A stretch of DNA of 63,100 bases, counting the filler, from Methanobacteriota archaeon (lineage in GTDB: Archaea > JACRDV01): NCBI GenBank assembly GCA_024860865.1. It is 7 parts of 7 records of this genome, joined end to end, with 100 filler letters (N's around TTAATTAATTAA, not from the genome) between each part and the next. Parts side by side here need not be neighbours in the genome. Positions count along the whole stretch, not along the records: positions 20,928 to 27,650 come from JACRDV010000076.1; positions 27,751 to 51,227 come from JACRDV010000075.1; 5 more parts are not named here. One strand, 5' to 3'. The translations under genes were made by a program, and so were the position numbers. Within the stretch, counting starts at the first letter, position 1, and every line of letters begins with the position of its first letter. Below the pieces are notes generated by a model. It did no database searches and was not told the DNA's origin. It worked only from the letters and a program-made list of their open reading frames with translations. This document shows positions 20,928 to 31,004 of the stretch, piece after piece.

Positions 20928-21000
20928 ACATCCTTTGTGCTGACGATTCCAGGGGAAAAGTTAGAAATATTAAAACGAAAAAACGCAAAACTTTTGTTAT
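20928..21000 (+). mobile_element. Probable IS end related to the 12126-12548 element
   Basis: AAAAAACGCAAAACTTTTGT matches the end of the first transposase; located at a contig start. Confidence 0.55.
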
Positions 21001-21400
21001 TATTTTGATTTTTATAAAAATATAAAAATACCTTGAAAAATTTTGTGCTTATTTAATATTTTTTTGTGTGCTTGCGGTCTCAGATGACCCTCTTATCTTC
21101 ACTGATCAGATAAGCTAGCGCAATACTCTTCATTGACCAATTATTGTTATTAAGTTTTGGCTAATAAATTTTTATAAAAATTAAAGCATTAAAGGGCGTT
21201 ACTGCATCTTTTGCTTAAAACACAAGTAATTGCTTCCCTAACTAACTTTCATTTGTTCTAGATACTTCAGAATTCTGCCAAACTCGTCCATGATGCCTGT
21301 TATATCAGTGCACTTGGGATCAGAATGAAAGGCAAGAATTAAAATTGCAGCAGTAAGTTGGCTAAGTTCTTGTTTTAAGGTGCGTTCTTTTTCCGTAAGG

Positions 21401-21751
21401 TCAACCTCCATTTGTTTCACGTTTTTCTATTTCATAAATTTCTCCGGCAATAACACGTTCAACTGAACGAACTACCCCGCCTAAGTGTTCAATAGCTTGG
21501 ATTAATATATCATAGTCAAGTTTCTCCCCATCAACAGTAATTTTAAGCATTTCAGTTGTACGGTCTGTTTCTTATAGAGTAACATCCAGGCCTTTTACCC
21601 CGTCAATCACGCTTAATTTTTCTACTAACTCAATAATTGAAGGTTCTAATGGCTTATGGACCTCAAAAATAACCTTTCTAATCCCAATTCGAGAGTTATC
21701 TTTTTGAACATGATGAGGCAAATTAGATTCAGCATTTAATATCTTCATCAT
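21401..21751 (-). pseudogene. DUF211-family gene with in-frame TAA
   Basis: GIRKVIFEVHKPLEPSIIEL...DVTL*ETD...LGGVVRSVERVIAG; TAA at 21574-21572. Confidence 0.75.
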
Positions 21752-21827
21752 AATTCACTTAAAAAATTTTTCAGCAATTATAATAGAAATAGTTGTCGTC
21801 AGCTAAAAGTCAGACCGAGGTTTAAAA

Positions 21828-23237
21828 ATGCGCATAGTGATGAAATTTGGTGGGACATCAGTCGGTGATGGAATACGTATTTTAAATGCAGCAAAGCTCG
21901 TTACACAAGCGGTAGAAAAAGGTTCTGAGGTAGTAGTAGTTGCATCAGCAATGAGCAAGGTTACAGATCAATTGCTTGAGATAGCTAAGAAAATGTTGAC
22001 TGCTAAGGAAAGATTACAATTAGTCCGGAAGTTTATAGATCAACTTAAAGATAGGCACGAGAAAGCCGTTTTTGATGCAATTAAAAATGAATCAATTAAG
22101 CAAATCATCCTAAACGAGCAAAATCAATTGCTACAAGAACTTGAACGAGCGTTGATTGGAATTGCATACCTCAGAGAGCTAACCCCACGCTCACTCGATT
22201 ATGTCACATCGTTTGGAGAGAGGTTATCTGTTCCAATTTTGGCTGGAGCTATACAGGACCTTGGAGTAAAAGCAAAAGCGCTCACTGGATTTGAAGCTGG
22301 TATAATAACAAATTCTAATTTTGGAAAAGCTGTTCCAATCATGTCAAAGACAAAAGAAAAAGTAAAAGCTTCACTTGAATCTTTATTTAAACAAAAAGTT
22401 TTGCCTGTGGTGACTGGATTTATCGGGGCTGATGAACAAGGCAATACCACAACCCTTGGTAGAGGGGGCTCAGATTACTCAGCTGCAATTATAGGGGCAT
22501 GCTTAGGCGTAGATGAAATTTTGATCTGGACAGATGTCGACGGGGTAATGACATGCGATCCAAAAGTAGTGCCAGAAGCAAAAACAATTCCTGTTATGTC
22601 GTATATTGAGGCTATGGAACTCGCATATTTTGGGGCTAAGGTAATTTACCCAAAGACAATTGAGCCAGCAATGGAAGCAAAGATACCTGTTAGAGTAAAA
22701 AATACTTTCAATCCAACCCATGAAGGCACTTTAATTGTGCATGAGCTTGCAAAGACCGACTCAGTTGTAAAAGCAATTAGTTTAATTGAAAATGCTGCTT
22801 TGATCAATATAGCCGGCATTTCGATGATTGGAACGCCAACAATTGCTGCTAGAGTTTTTGAGACTTTAGCACGAGAGGATATCAATGTAATAATGGTTAG
22901 CCAAGGATCTTCGGAGGCAAATATTTCATTTGCTGTCGAAGGCACTCAAGTTGAGCAAGCAGTCAAAGCACTCAGTAAAGAGCTTGCTTTAGGCGGAAAT
23001 TTTGTGCGCGGTATTAATTACGACAAAAATGTTGCAGTAATTGCGGTAGTGGGAGCTGGAATGAGAGGAACTCCAGGCGTTGCTGCCAAAGTCTTTTCTG
23101 CAGTTGCAAAAAAGGGAGTCAATATTTTAATGATAGCTCAAGGCTCAAGCGAGGTCAATATTTCTTTTGTTACAACAAAGGAACAATCAAGGTTGGCTGC
23201 TGAAGCTTTGCACAAAGAGTTTCAATTAGAAAGATAA
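21828..23237 (+). CDS. lysC: Aspartate kinase
   Basis: VMKFGGTS, TLGRGGSDYSA, two ACT domains. Confidence 0.96.
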   Translation: MRIVMKFGGTSVGDGIRILNAAKLVTQAVEKGSEVVVVASAMSKVTDQLLEIAKKMLTAKERLQLVRKFIDQLKDRHEKAVFDAIKNESIKQIILNEQNQLLQELERALIGIAYLRELTPRSLDYVTSFGERLSVPILAGAIQDLGVKAKALTGFEAGIITNSNFGKAVPIMSKTKEKVKASLESLFKQKVLPVVTGFIGADEQGNTTTLGRGGSDYSAAIIGACLGVDEILIWTDVDGVMTCDPKVVPEAKTIPVMSYIEAMELAYFGAKVIYPKTIEPAMEAKIPVRVKNTFNPTHEGTLIVHELAKTDSVVKAISLIENAALINIAGISMIGTPTIAARVFETLAREDINVIMVSQGSSEANISFAVEGTQVEQAVKALSKELALGGNFVRGINYDKNVAVIAVVGAGMRGTPGVAAKVFSAVAKKGVNILMIAQGSSEVNISFVTTKEQSRLAAEALHKEFQLER

Positions 23238-23498
23238 ATTTTTTATTTTTAGAAGACGGCATTGATTTACAAACATGATATTTCAAGAAATTCAGTTCGT
23301 AACAATTATTCAGCTGGATAAAATAATAGTTGCAAAGTTCAATACATTATTATTACAAGATAAAATTTGGTCAGGATATAACACTATTGCATGAATTTGG
23401 TTTAGATTTTTTAAATCCAAACTATAACAGTCTGACATAGTCAGACAAATCAATTAAAACATAAACCTTTAAATTTAGATTAAAACCAATTAATCTTC

Positions 23499-23885
23499 AT
23501 GAAAGAAGAAATTTCAGAAGTTGATATTTTAGAGGCTGAACGCAGTTTTTTCAAACACGCGCCAGATCCAGAATTAGTTTATCGTGAGTTTATTTTCTCT
23601 ACAATAGCAGAAAAGCCTAGAAGTTATGAAGAATTGAAGGAAAGAACAAAATCTTTAGAATATTATAGTAACTGCAATATCGAAGAAAAACTTAATGAAT
23701 GCTTAGATTTCTTACAAAAGCAAGGCAGAATTCAGAATACTAATAATTTATTTTATTTAACTGAAGCAGCTAGAAATCTAGAGGAAGAAAGAAAGTCGTG
23801 GATAAAACTTAATCAACAATATGAAGAAACACCACCTATCATAAAAATGGTAATACGCGCATTATCACATATTTGTGAAGAATAG
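23499..23885 (+). CDS. Hypothetical protein, possible winged helix
   Basis: LDFLQKQGRI...FYLTE pattern. Confidence 0.5.
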   Translation: MKEEISEVDILEAERSFFKHAPDPELVYREFIFSTIAEKPRSYEELKERTKSLEYYSNCNIEEKLNECLDFLQKQGRIQNTNNLFYLTEAARNLEEERKSWIKLNQQYEETPPIIKMVIRALSHICEE

Positions 23886-24028
23886 AAGTAAGTCACTTAA
23901 TCTTTGTAAATTAAACATCTAAAGGTTTGTGAGAGTTTATTTTTTTAATTTTTCCAAAATTCTCGTTGTCAGATTTTTTTAAATCAAACAGAGATTCTTT
24001 CGCGAGAATAAAGTTGCTACAGCTTAAC

Positions 24029-25468
24029 CTAAAATTTCTTTTTTAAGAATTCAAAAACCCGCTCAGCGGTAAGGGTTCCGTTATGAATGCAATCAGGGAT
24101 ACCAACTCCACGATATCCGGCTCCTGTTATGAAGAGCCCAGAATGCTCAGCAAGTTGTTGCTCTAAAACAGCCAAGCGGTCTAGGTGTCCAATAGTATAC
24201 TGGGGCATTCCCATTTCCCAACGATAAACTTTGGTAAGAACTGGTTCAGCTTCAATACCCATTATATCTTTTAATTCGGTGCGAACCATCCTAATCATAT
24301 GCTCATCATCAAGCATAGCGTATTTTTGGTGTTGTGCCCCGCCAACAAAAGCCCTCAATAGAACATAGCCTTTTGGCACTCGATAGGCCCATTTGCTCGA
24401 ACTCCATGTGGTAGCCATAATCTTTCTGCTCTCTATCCGCGGAACCACGAATCCGAACCCCTTGAGAGGATGAGGGATGCTTGATTTCTCATAAGCTAAT
24501 GAAACTGTCGCAGATGAGGCATAAGGAATCGCTCTAAGCTTCTCTGCAACTGACTTATCTAGATCTTCGATTATCTCAGCCGTGACAAAAGCTGGTGTGG
24601 TAAAAATTACGGCATCTGTTTGTATTGGTCTCTCTCCTTCAATATTAACTTCATAGACTGGCTTTTGCCCATGCACTCTGGTTTTTTCCTCCACATTAAG
24701 CACTTTTTTACCCAAAAGTAGATTTTTGCTACCAATGGCCGCCGCTAAGGCATCAATAAGATCGACCATACCACCCACATAGGACACGAAGTATGTCCTC
24801 TTTGGAATTGGTGCATTTTTCATCTCAGCCTGCATTTTCTTTTTCCTTGCCAATATGGCCAGAATTAGACTTCGATGCTCTAGCTCCATTTCAATAAATC
24901 TAGGAAAGGTACTTTTAAGACTCATCTCTTCAGGATTTCCAGCGTGAATTCCAGCAACCAATGGTTCAGCAATTTTATCAAGAACCTCCTGCCCCAGCCG
25001 ACGGCGGACAAAACTGGCCAAGCTCTCATCATCTGACTCACATCGCTTTGGTATGATAAGGTCAAGAGCCATTCGAATCTTTCCTGGCCATGACATAAGA
25101 CCAGTTGTAATGAAGGAAACAAAGTTTGTCGGTACCATCAATATAGTGCCCTCCGGTAGCCGGTGCAGTTTTCCGTCTGAAAAAATAAAAGTTCCGGTGT
25201 TTTCTTCGTTTGTATTGAGCAGGCGATCCTCAATGCCGAGTTTTTTGCTAAGTTCTAGAGCCCACGGCTTCTCGGTGATGAAACAATCTGGTCCTCCTTC
25301 AATTACAAATCCATCAATCTTTTCAGTTAGAATTGTTCCACCAAAGCGGTTCTCCTTCTCGAGCACAAGGAGTTCGATCTCCATGTCTGCTTCTTTCGCT
25401 CTTTCTTTGAGGGCATATGCTGTAGCCAGACCGGAAATGCCGCCTCCAACGATTACTACATTCACCAA
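24029..25468 (-). CDS. hemY: HemY-type copro/protoporphyrinogen oxidase
   Basis: GGGISGL, EGGPD, MPQYTIGH, GVGIPDCI. Confidence 0.94.
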   Translation of the reverse strand: MVNVVIVGGGISGLATAYALKERAKEADMEIELLVLEKENRFGGTILTEKIDGFVIEGGPDCFITEKPWALELSKKLGIEDRLLNTNEENTGTFIFSDGKLHRLPEGTILMVPTNFVSFITTGLMSWPGKIRMALDLIIPKRCESDDESLASFVRRRLGQEVLDKIAEPLVAGIHAGNPEEMSLKSTFPRFIEMELEHRSLILAILARKKKMQAEMKNAPIPKRTYFVSYVGGMVDLIDALAAAIGSKNLLLGKKVLNVEEKTRVHGQKPVYEVNIEGERPIQTDAVIFTTPAFVTAEIIEDLDKSVAEKLRAIPYASSATVSLAYEKSSIPHPLKGFGFVVPRIESRKIMATTWSSSKWAYRVPKGYVLLRAFVGGAQHQKYAMLDDEHMIRMVRTELKDIMGIEAEPVLTKVYRWEMGMPQYTIGHLDRLAVLEQQLAEHSGLFITGAGYRGVGIPDCIHNGTLTAERVFEFLKKKF

Positions 25469-25498
25469 TTTTAATCTCCTATTTTTATCAATGTGAAA

Positions 25499-26488
25499 TT
25501 ATTTTTTCTTCTGCTTTGAAAGATGCTCGTGAACAATTTGAGCTAGCGCCTCAATGAATTTCGGCGATGCATTGAGTGATGGAGTACGTCGAAATGTGAT
25601 TCCTTTTGACTCCGCTTGTTGACGATAAATGATATCAATATCATAAAGAGTTTCAACATGATCAGAAACAAAACTTATCGGCACAATCAAGACATCGCGA
25701 TGTCCCTCCTTGGCAAGTTTATCCAAGACAAAATCGGTTTCTGGCTCCAACCAAGCAACTGGTCCGCTTCGACTCTGAAATGCTAGATGCCAGGAGATCG
25801 AACCAATGCGCTTTAAGACACCAGCTATGGTTGCCTTCAACTGCTCTAAATACGGATCACCACCTTCAATGAACTCCTTTGGCACACTATGTGCGCTAAA
25901 AATCACTTGGACCTTATTGCGATGTTCATTTGGGAATTGCGAGATTCCTTCTTCAATTTTTTCCACTAGAGCATTGATGTAGGCTTGATGATTATACCAG
26001 CTATCTATGTAGGTAATTTTAAGATCAGTCGTAAGATTAGCAAGAACTTCTTTTAGTTTTTTAAAAATCGAGCCTGTGGTCATTCTAGTAAAATGAGGAG
26101 AAAGGCTTAGAGCAACAATACATTTGATTCCATCTCTAAGGATATCCCCTATTGTCTCTTCGATAAATGGATGCCAGTAGCGCATGGCAATATAAACTCT
26201 AAAGGGGCCATCGCCTACATTAAGCCGCCTTTCAAGGGATTGTGCCTGCTCTTTGGTAATATCGAGGAGAGGTGAGCGACTGCCAATTTTCTTGTAGCGC
26301 TCAGCTACTTCCTTTGATCGTCTTTCTGCAATAAGCCGAGCGCGGGTCTGTCCTTCCCGCTCTAAAAAAAGATTATATAGAAAGGGTTGCACTGCCTCGA
26401 GCGAATCTGGCCCACCGAAACCTAGAAGAAGAACACCAATAGTCTTTTTTAGTTCAGTAATCTTTTTACTTCCTTTCTCCAAGGGCAT
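25499..26488 (-). CDS. hemH: Ferrochelatase
   Basis: MRYWHPF, FSAHS, FQSR, SFVSDHVETLYDID. Confidence 0.95.
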   Translation of the reverse strand: MPLEKGSKKITELKKTIGVLLLGFGGPDSLEAVQPFLYNLFLEREGQTRARLIAERRSKEVAERYKKIGSRSPLLDITKEQAQSLERRLNVGDGPFRVYIAMRYWHPFIEETIGDILRDGIKCIVALSLSPHFTRMTTGSIFKKLKEVLANLTTDLKITYIDSWYNHQAYINALVEKIEEGISQFPNEHRNKVQVIFSAHSVPKEFIEGGDPYLEQLKATIAGVLKRIGSISWHLAFQSRSGPVAWLEPETDFVLDKLAKEGHRDVLIVPISFVSDHVETLYDIDIIYRQQAESKGITFRRTPSLNASPKFIEALAQIVHEHLSKQKKK

Positions 26489-26516
26489 CTTTCTCTTTAC
26501 ACATTAAATCAAAATT

Positions 26517-27548
26517 CTATCTTTTGCTATATTTATGAACGGCCTCCACCATAGCGATGACATGCTCCACTGGCGTCTGAGGCAGAACACCATGACCGAG
26601 ATTAAAAATATGCCCGGGTCTACCATCAGCTCGCTTTAGAATGTCTTTCACTCTTCTTTCGATTTCTTTCGGTGGAGCTAAAAGAGCGACTGGATCAAGA
26701 TTTCCCTGAATGGCTACATCATAACCGAGGCGTTTCCAGGCAACATCAAGGTCGATTCGCCAGTCGATACCAATCACGTCTCCCCCTGCTTTTTTCATAA
26801 GCTCTAGAAGCATGGCTCCGCCATTTGCATAATGGATCACTGGGACTTCATTGCCCACTCCATCGATAACCTGTTTGGTATAAGGCATCACGAACTTTTC
26901 GTAATCTCTGGGACTCAGACATCCTATCCAAGTATCGAAGATCTGAACCGCCTGAATTCCTGCTTCGATCTGGGCAATCAGATAGAGGGTTATCACTTTA
27001 GCAATCTTCTCCATAAGCGTATGATAAGTTGATGGATCCCAAAGCATCATTTTTTTTATATGGATATAATTTCGGGAATGCCCGCCTTCAACAATGTAAC
27101 TGGCCAAAGTAAACGGTGCTCCGGAAAAACCGATGAGGGGTACCTTTCCATTTAAATGCCGACGAGCTATTTTAATGGTTTCCATTACGAATGGAACTTT
27201 TTCTTTAGGATCGATGATGGATAAAGCATCAACGCTAGCAGGATTGCGAACTGGATTGTGAATAATAGGTCCCTTACTTTCTGAGAACTCAATATTTATC
27301 CCCATGGCCTCAACAGGAAAAAGAATATCAGAAAAAAGAATTGCAGCATCTACTCCAAGTTTCTCTACTGGTTGAATTGTAATCTCTGCCGCCAGCTCTG
27401 GGGTCTTACACATAGTTGAAAATGGGACTTTATTACGTATTTCTTGGTATTCTTTTAAATACCGCCCCGCTTGACGCATAAGCCATACTGGAGTGCAGTC
27501 CACAGGCTGACGCTGGCAAGCCTTAAGAAATCGGTATTCGCTACCCAT
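26517..27548 (-). CDS. hemE: Uroporphyrinogen decarboxylase
   Basis: PVWLMRQAGRYL, FSDIL, GAPFTLASY, FNLGHG. Confidence 0.97.
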   Translation of the reverse strand: MGSEYRFLKACQRQPVDCTPVWLMRQAGRYLKEYQEIRNKVPFSTMCKTPELAAEITIQPVEKLGVDAAILFSDILFPVEAMGINIEFSESKGPIIHNPVRNPASVDALSIIDPKEKVPFVMETIKIARRHLNGKVPLIGFSGAPFTLASYIVEGGHSRNYIHIKKMMLWDPSTYHTLMEKIAKVITLYLIAQIEAGIQAVQIFDTWIGCLSPRDYEKFVMPYTKQVIDGVGNEVPVIHYANGGAMLLELMKKAGGDVIGIDWRIDLDVAWKRLGYDVAIQGNLDPVALLAPPKEIERRVKDILKRADGRPGHIFNLGHGVLPQTPVEHVIAMVEAVHKYSKR

Positions 27549-27650
27549 GGTTTGCTCCTAGGTTGTATAGTGCATTATGATTTTAAACAGCTTTTTTGAA
27601 AATTGTTTAAAAAATTGATTAGCTGGCTATTAAATTTTTTCTACTGACAA

Positions 27651-27750
27651 NNNNNNNNNNNNNNNNNNNNNNNNNNNNNNNNNNNNNNNNNNNNTTAATT
27701 AATTAANNNNNNNNNNNNNNNNNNNNNNNNNNNNNNNNNNNNNNNNNNNN
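27651..27750. other. Artificial contig linker
   Basis: N-run + TTAATTAATTAA + N-run. Confidence 0.98.
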
Positions 27751-27896
27751 CTAGTACGAGCAGTGCGCATAGCACAGCTCTAAGGGATGATTACCATAAA
27801 AATATTTAAAAACCCGAAATTCATCTCTTCTAAAGGGACTGTATACTATTTCGGCGAGAATAAAAATTTTAAGTCTAAATCCTCTAAACTTGTAGC

Positions 27897-28637
27897 ATGC
27901 ATATATTAATAATAATTTTAGCAAGCGTATTCATTGTAAGCATAATCTCCCTTATAGGAGTTCTTTTTCTTGCAATGAAAGAGAGCTTACTCAATAGAAT
28001 ACTACTTATTCTTATTGCTACCGCCGCAGGTGCGCTGATCGGAGTATCTTTTCTAGACCTTTTACCTGAAGCTATGGATAAAGGAACTAGTTCGGATATT
28101 TTTAGTTACGTTCTTTTAGGAATTGTTTCATTCTTCATACTTGAGAGATTCATTTTCTGGCATCACTGCCATGATGGAAAGTGTGAAGTTCATACTTTTA
28201 CTTATCTAAATTTGATGGGAGATGGAGTGCATAATTTTATAGACGGCGCAACTATTGCTGCAACCTTTCTCACAAGCATCCCCTTGGGGACGGCTACTAC
28301 TTTGGCAATAATTTTTCATGAGATTCCTCAAGAAATAGGAGATTTTGGAATTCTAGTTTATGGCGGTTTTAGTAAAATTAAAGCTCTATCTTACAATTTT
28401 CTATCTGCATTAGCAGCCTTCATAGGGGCCGTTGCCATCTATTTTTTTTCTCCTTATATAGGGGATTCAATTGCTTTTCTTCTTGCATTTGCAGCAGGTG
28501 GGTTCATTTACATAGCGAGCGCAGATTTAATGCCTGAGCTGAAAAAGGAGATAAAATTTGAGAGGTCAATAACTCAGCTTGCTTTTCTGCTCATAGGCAT
28601 ATTTCTAATCTGGATTATAATACGCACATTTGAATAA
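27897..28637 (+). CDS. ZIP-family metal transporter
   Basis: WHHCH, HNFIDG, HEIPQEIGDF. Confidence 0.93.
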   Translation: MHILIIILASVFIVSIISLIGVLFLAMKESLLNRILLILIATAAGALIGVSFLDLLPEAMDKGTSSDIFSYVLLGIVSFFILERFIFWHHCHDGKCEVHTFTYLNLMGDGVHNFIDGATIAATFLTSIPLGTATTLAIIFHEIPQEIGDFGILVYGGFSKIKALSYNFLSALAAFIGAVAIYFFSPYIGDSIAFLLAFAAGGFIYIASADLMPELKKEIKFERSITQLAFLLIGIFLIWIIIRTFE

Positions 28638-28646
28638 CAAAAAAAG

Positions 28647-29126
28647 TTAACTTAATTTTCTATTTTCTCGTTTTCTTTCTTCTTCTAATTTCTTTCGCCA
28701 TTCGGGAACTCGAATTTTTTTAACTGTATCCCAGTAATCAAATGGTTTTATATCTAAAACTGGAGTTCCATTTATTGCATCGAGACCTTTGACCTTTAGA
28801 ACATTGCCTTTTCTCTTCAATAATTTTACTAAAGTTAAACCTATGGGATTTGGTCGGAAGGGCGTTCTCGTTGCAAAAATCCCGAGTAAAGGCATGTCAA
28901 GTCTACCTCTTGGATGGACTTTTAAAGTTCTTTTTTCATCCTCAGAAATTTTGTGCAACGAAAAAATAACAAACAAATGTGAAAAATCTTCAATCCCATC
29001 TAAAGCTTTTGATAATTTTTTATTTAAAATTATTTCAGAGATAGTCTTCCTACTCTTAACTTGCTCTTCACTTGCATCTGTTTTAACAAAACCTATGGGT
29101 TTTATTTTAATTTTTACTGGTTTCAT
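28647..29126 (-). CDS. tsaA: TrmO/TsaA-family tRNA m6t6A methyltransferase
   Basis: GIFATRTPFRPNPIG, GTPVLDIKP. Confidence 0.9.
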   Translation of the reverse strand: MKPVKIKIKPIGFVKTDASEEQVKSRKTISEIILNKKLSKALDGIEDFSHLFVIFSLHKISEDEKRTLKVHPRGRLDMPLLGIFATRTPFRPNPIGLTLVKLLKRKGNVLKVKGLDAINGTPVLDIKPFDYWDTVKKIRVPEWRKKLEEERKRENRKLS

Positions 29127-29144
29127 TTAATCAAAAGCCAATGA

Positions 29145-29930
29145 TTAAGTTATTTCAAACAAGTGCTCAACTTGGCGTATTATCTTCTCTAATTTTTCAC
29201 CTGGCAATTCAGCTCTGGTGGAGATTTTTCCATATTTGCTATTGATAAATAATTCAACATCATTTTCTAAAATTGCTCTTAAAGTCCCAATCTCTCCACT
29301 TTTTGCAAATTCTTCAAAATATGAACTAGATTCAACGTGATCTAAGCTTAGCCAAATGTTCTTTGCTTCTTTAACCTTTCCCTTTTCTTTTATTTTCACT
29401 TTGTTGAACCAAGCGTCAGTGATGTTTTTGCTCTGAGTCACCCATTTCAAAAGTTGTTTGTGGCTGAATTTTATTGGAGTATAACTATCTTCATTGCCAA
29501 AAATCAACATGCTTAAAATTCTAGAAACTCTATTGCAAGCTATTCGAGGAAAAGCTCCCCTCATCTTTGAAAAAGCTTCTAAGGTTCCATATTTGTTTAA
29601 GGCTAAATGGCACTCAATTTTTTTAGTTGATTTTGTTGTCTCTACTTTTTCAGCCCAAGTTATTATTTTCACTAGAAACTCGTATTTATAGTAAAATTTT
29701 ATGTGCGCTTGTTTTTTATCATAAATAACATCGATAACTTCATCTTTAAATTGAGTTATTTTTTCTGGCGTGAACCTATCTGCGCTTTTATATGCATCGA
29801 CTGAGGTCTTTCCTTTCAATTGTTTAACCAGCTGTTTTGGGTCAATTTTTAAAAAATATTTTTCATCTCCTAAGCGTGAAAGAGCTATTGTTGCACCATT
29901 ATAGGTATTTGGATAAATTTTTATCACCAT
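29145..29930 (-). CDS. Hypothetical protein
   Basis: 261-aa ORF, no recognised motif. Confidence 0.6.
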   Translation of the reverse strand: MVIKIYPNTYNGATIALSRLGDEKYFLKIDPKQLVKQLKGKTSVDAYKSADRFTPEKITQFKDEVIDVIYDKKQAHIKFYYKYEFLVKIITWAEKVETTKSTKKIECHLALNKYGTLEAFSKMRGAFPRIACNRVSRILSMLIFGNEDSYTPIKFSHKQLLKWVTQSKNITDAWFNKVKIKEKGKVKEAKNIWLSLDHVESSSYFEEFAKSGEIGTLRAILENDVELFINSKYGKISTRAELPGEKLEKIIRQVEHLFEIT

Positions 29931-30005
29931 GCTTAGAAACTAAATTTAAAATTTCCTAAGTATTCATTCATTTTTTAAGGTAAAAACTTAACTGCGAGGG
30001 AAAAC

Positions 30006-30587
30006 TTGCTAAATGAACTTAATAAAAAAATTATAAATTGCCAGAAATGTAGTTTAGCTAAAACAAGAACAAATGCTGTTCCAGGTGAAGGCCCCGATAA
30101 TGCAAAAATTATGTTTATTGGTGAGGCATTAGGAGAGCAAGAAGACATTCAAGGGAGACCATTTGTAGGACCGGCTGGAAAATTTTTGACCGGACTTTTA
30201 AACTCAATAAACTTACAACGAGATAACGTCTTCATCTCGAATGTAGTAAAATGTCGCCCAAAAATTGATAATAGGAATAGGCCGCCAAAAATAGACGAAA
30301 TAAATGCCTGTAAACCATATCTAGATGAACAAATTGAGATAATTAAACCAAAGGTAATAGTTACTCTTGGAAATATTGCACTTCAAACTTTGTTGGGAAA
30401 AAAATTTACTATAACAAAAATTCATGGCAAGCCCCAGGAGAAGAATAGAACCATCATATTTCCAATGCACCACCCTGCGGTAGCCGTACGTTTTCCAAAA
30501 TTTAAAAAAGTCATGCAAGAAGATGTGGAAAAACTAAAAGAAGTTTTGAAGAAAGAAAAAATTCAACTTTTCAAGAAAAAGGAATGA
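30006..30587 (+). CDS. udg: Family 4 uracil-DNA glycosylase
   Basis: CQKCSL, GEALGEQED, PFVG, NVVKCRP, HPA. Confidence 0.93.
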   Translation: MLNELNKKIINCQKCSLAKTRTNAVPGEGPDNAKIMFIGEALGEQEDIQGRPFVGPAGKFLTGLLNSINLQRDNVFISNVVKCRPKIDNRNRPPKIDEINACKPYLDEQIEIIKPKVIVTLGNIALQTLLGKKFTITKIHGKPQEKNRTIIFPMHHPAVAVRFPKFKKVMQEDVEKLKEVLKKEKIQLFKKKE

Positions 30588-30608
30588 AAAAGCCTCTTTC
30601 TCGGTCTA

Positions 30609-31004
30609 TTACGGCGGTTTTTGATACCTCTCGGCCATCTCGACAAACTTCCCGATTTTTCTGATTAAGCTCTCCGCATCCTTTTTGGAGAAGAACTCAG
30701 CGTGGTAATCGGCCGCGGATTTTTCCCTTATCGCCTCAGCTAAGGTGTCTCGGTGGCTGGCTTCTTCACTCGGCAGGTAGTTCCTTCTAATCAATTCGAG
30801 AAAAAGTGCCGGAGCTTCTTCGTGTCGCTTAGCTACCCGCCCCAAGAACCTCGTGGTTAACGAGTCGTTCGCTTTGATCGCAGCATGAATAGCCAATGCT
30901 GATGCAACCGTGTACTTATTCCTCGTCTCAATCTGCAACCCAAACACGTACTCCGCCGCCAATAGCCAGAGGTTTGCCTGCTCTAGGTGATCTAAGTGAA
31001 TCAT
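30609..31004 (-). CDS. HEPN-domain protein
   Basis: ALAIHAAIKAND, KSAADY; overlaps the stop of the MNT gene. Confidence 0.7.
   Translation of the reverse strand: MIHLDHLEQANLWLLAAEYVFGLQIETRNKYTVASALAIHAAIKANDSLTTRFLGRVAKRHEEAPALFLELIRRNYLPSEEASHRDTLAEAIREKSAADYHAEFFSKKDAESLIRKIGKFVEMAERYQKPP

Noticed and set aside
7784-21574. Genome-wide TAA reassignment
   Set aside because: Many intact genes end in TAA, and the two internal TAAs appear to correspond to different residue types
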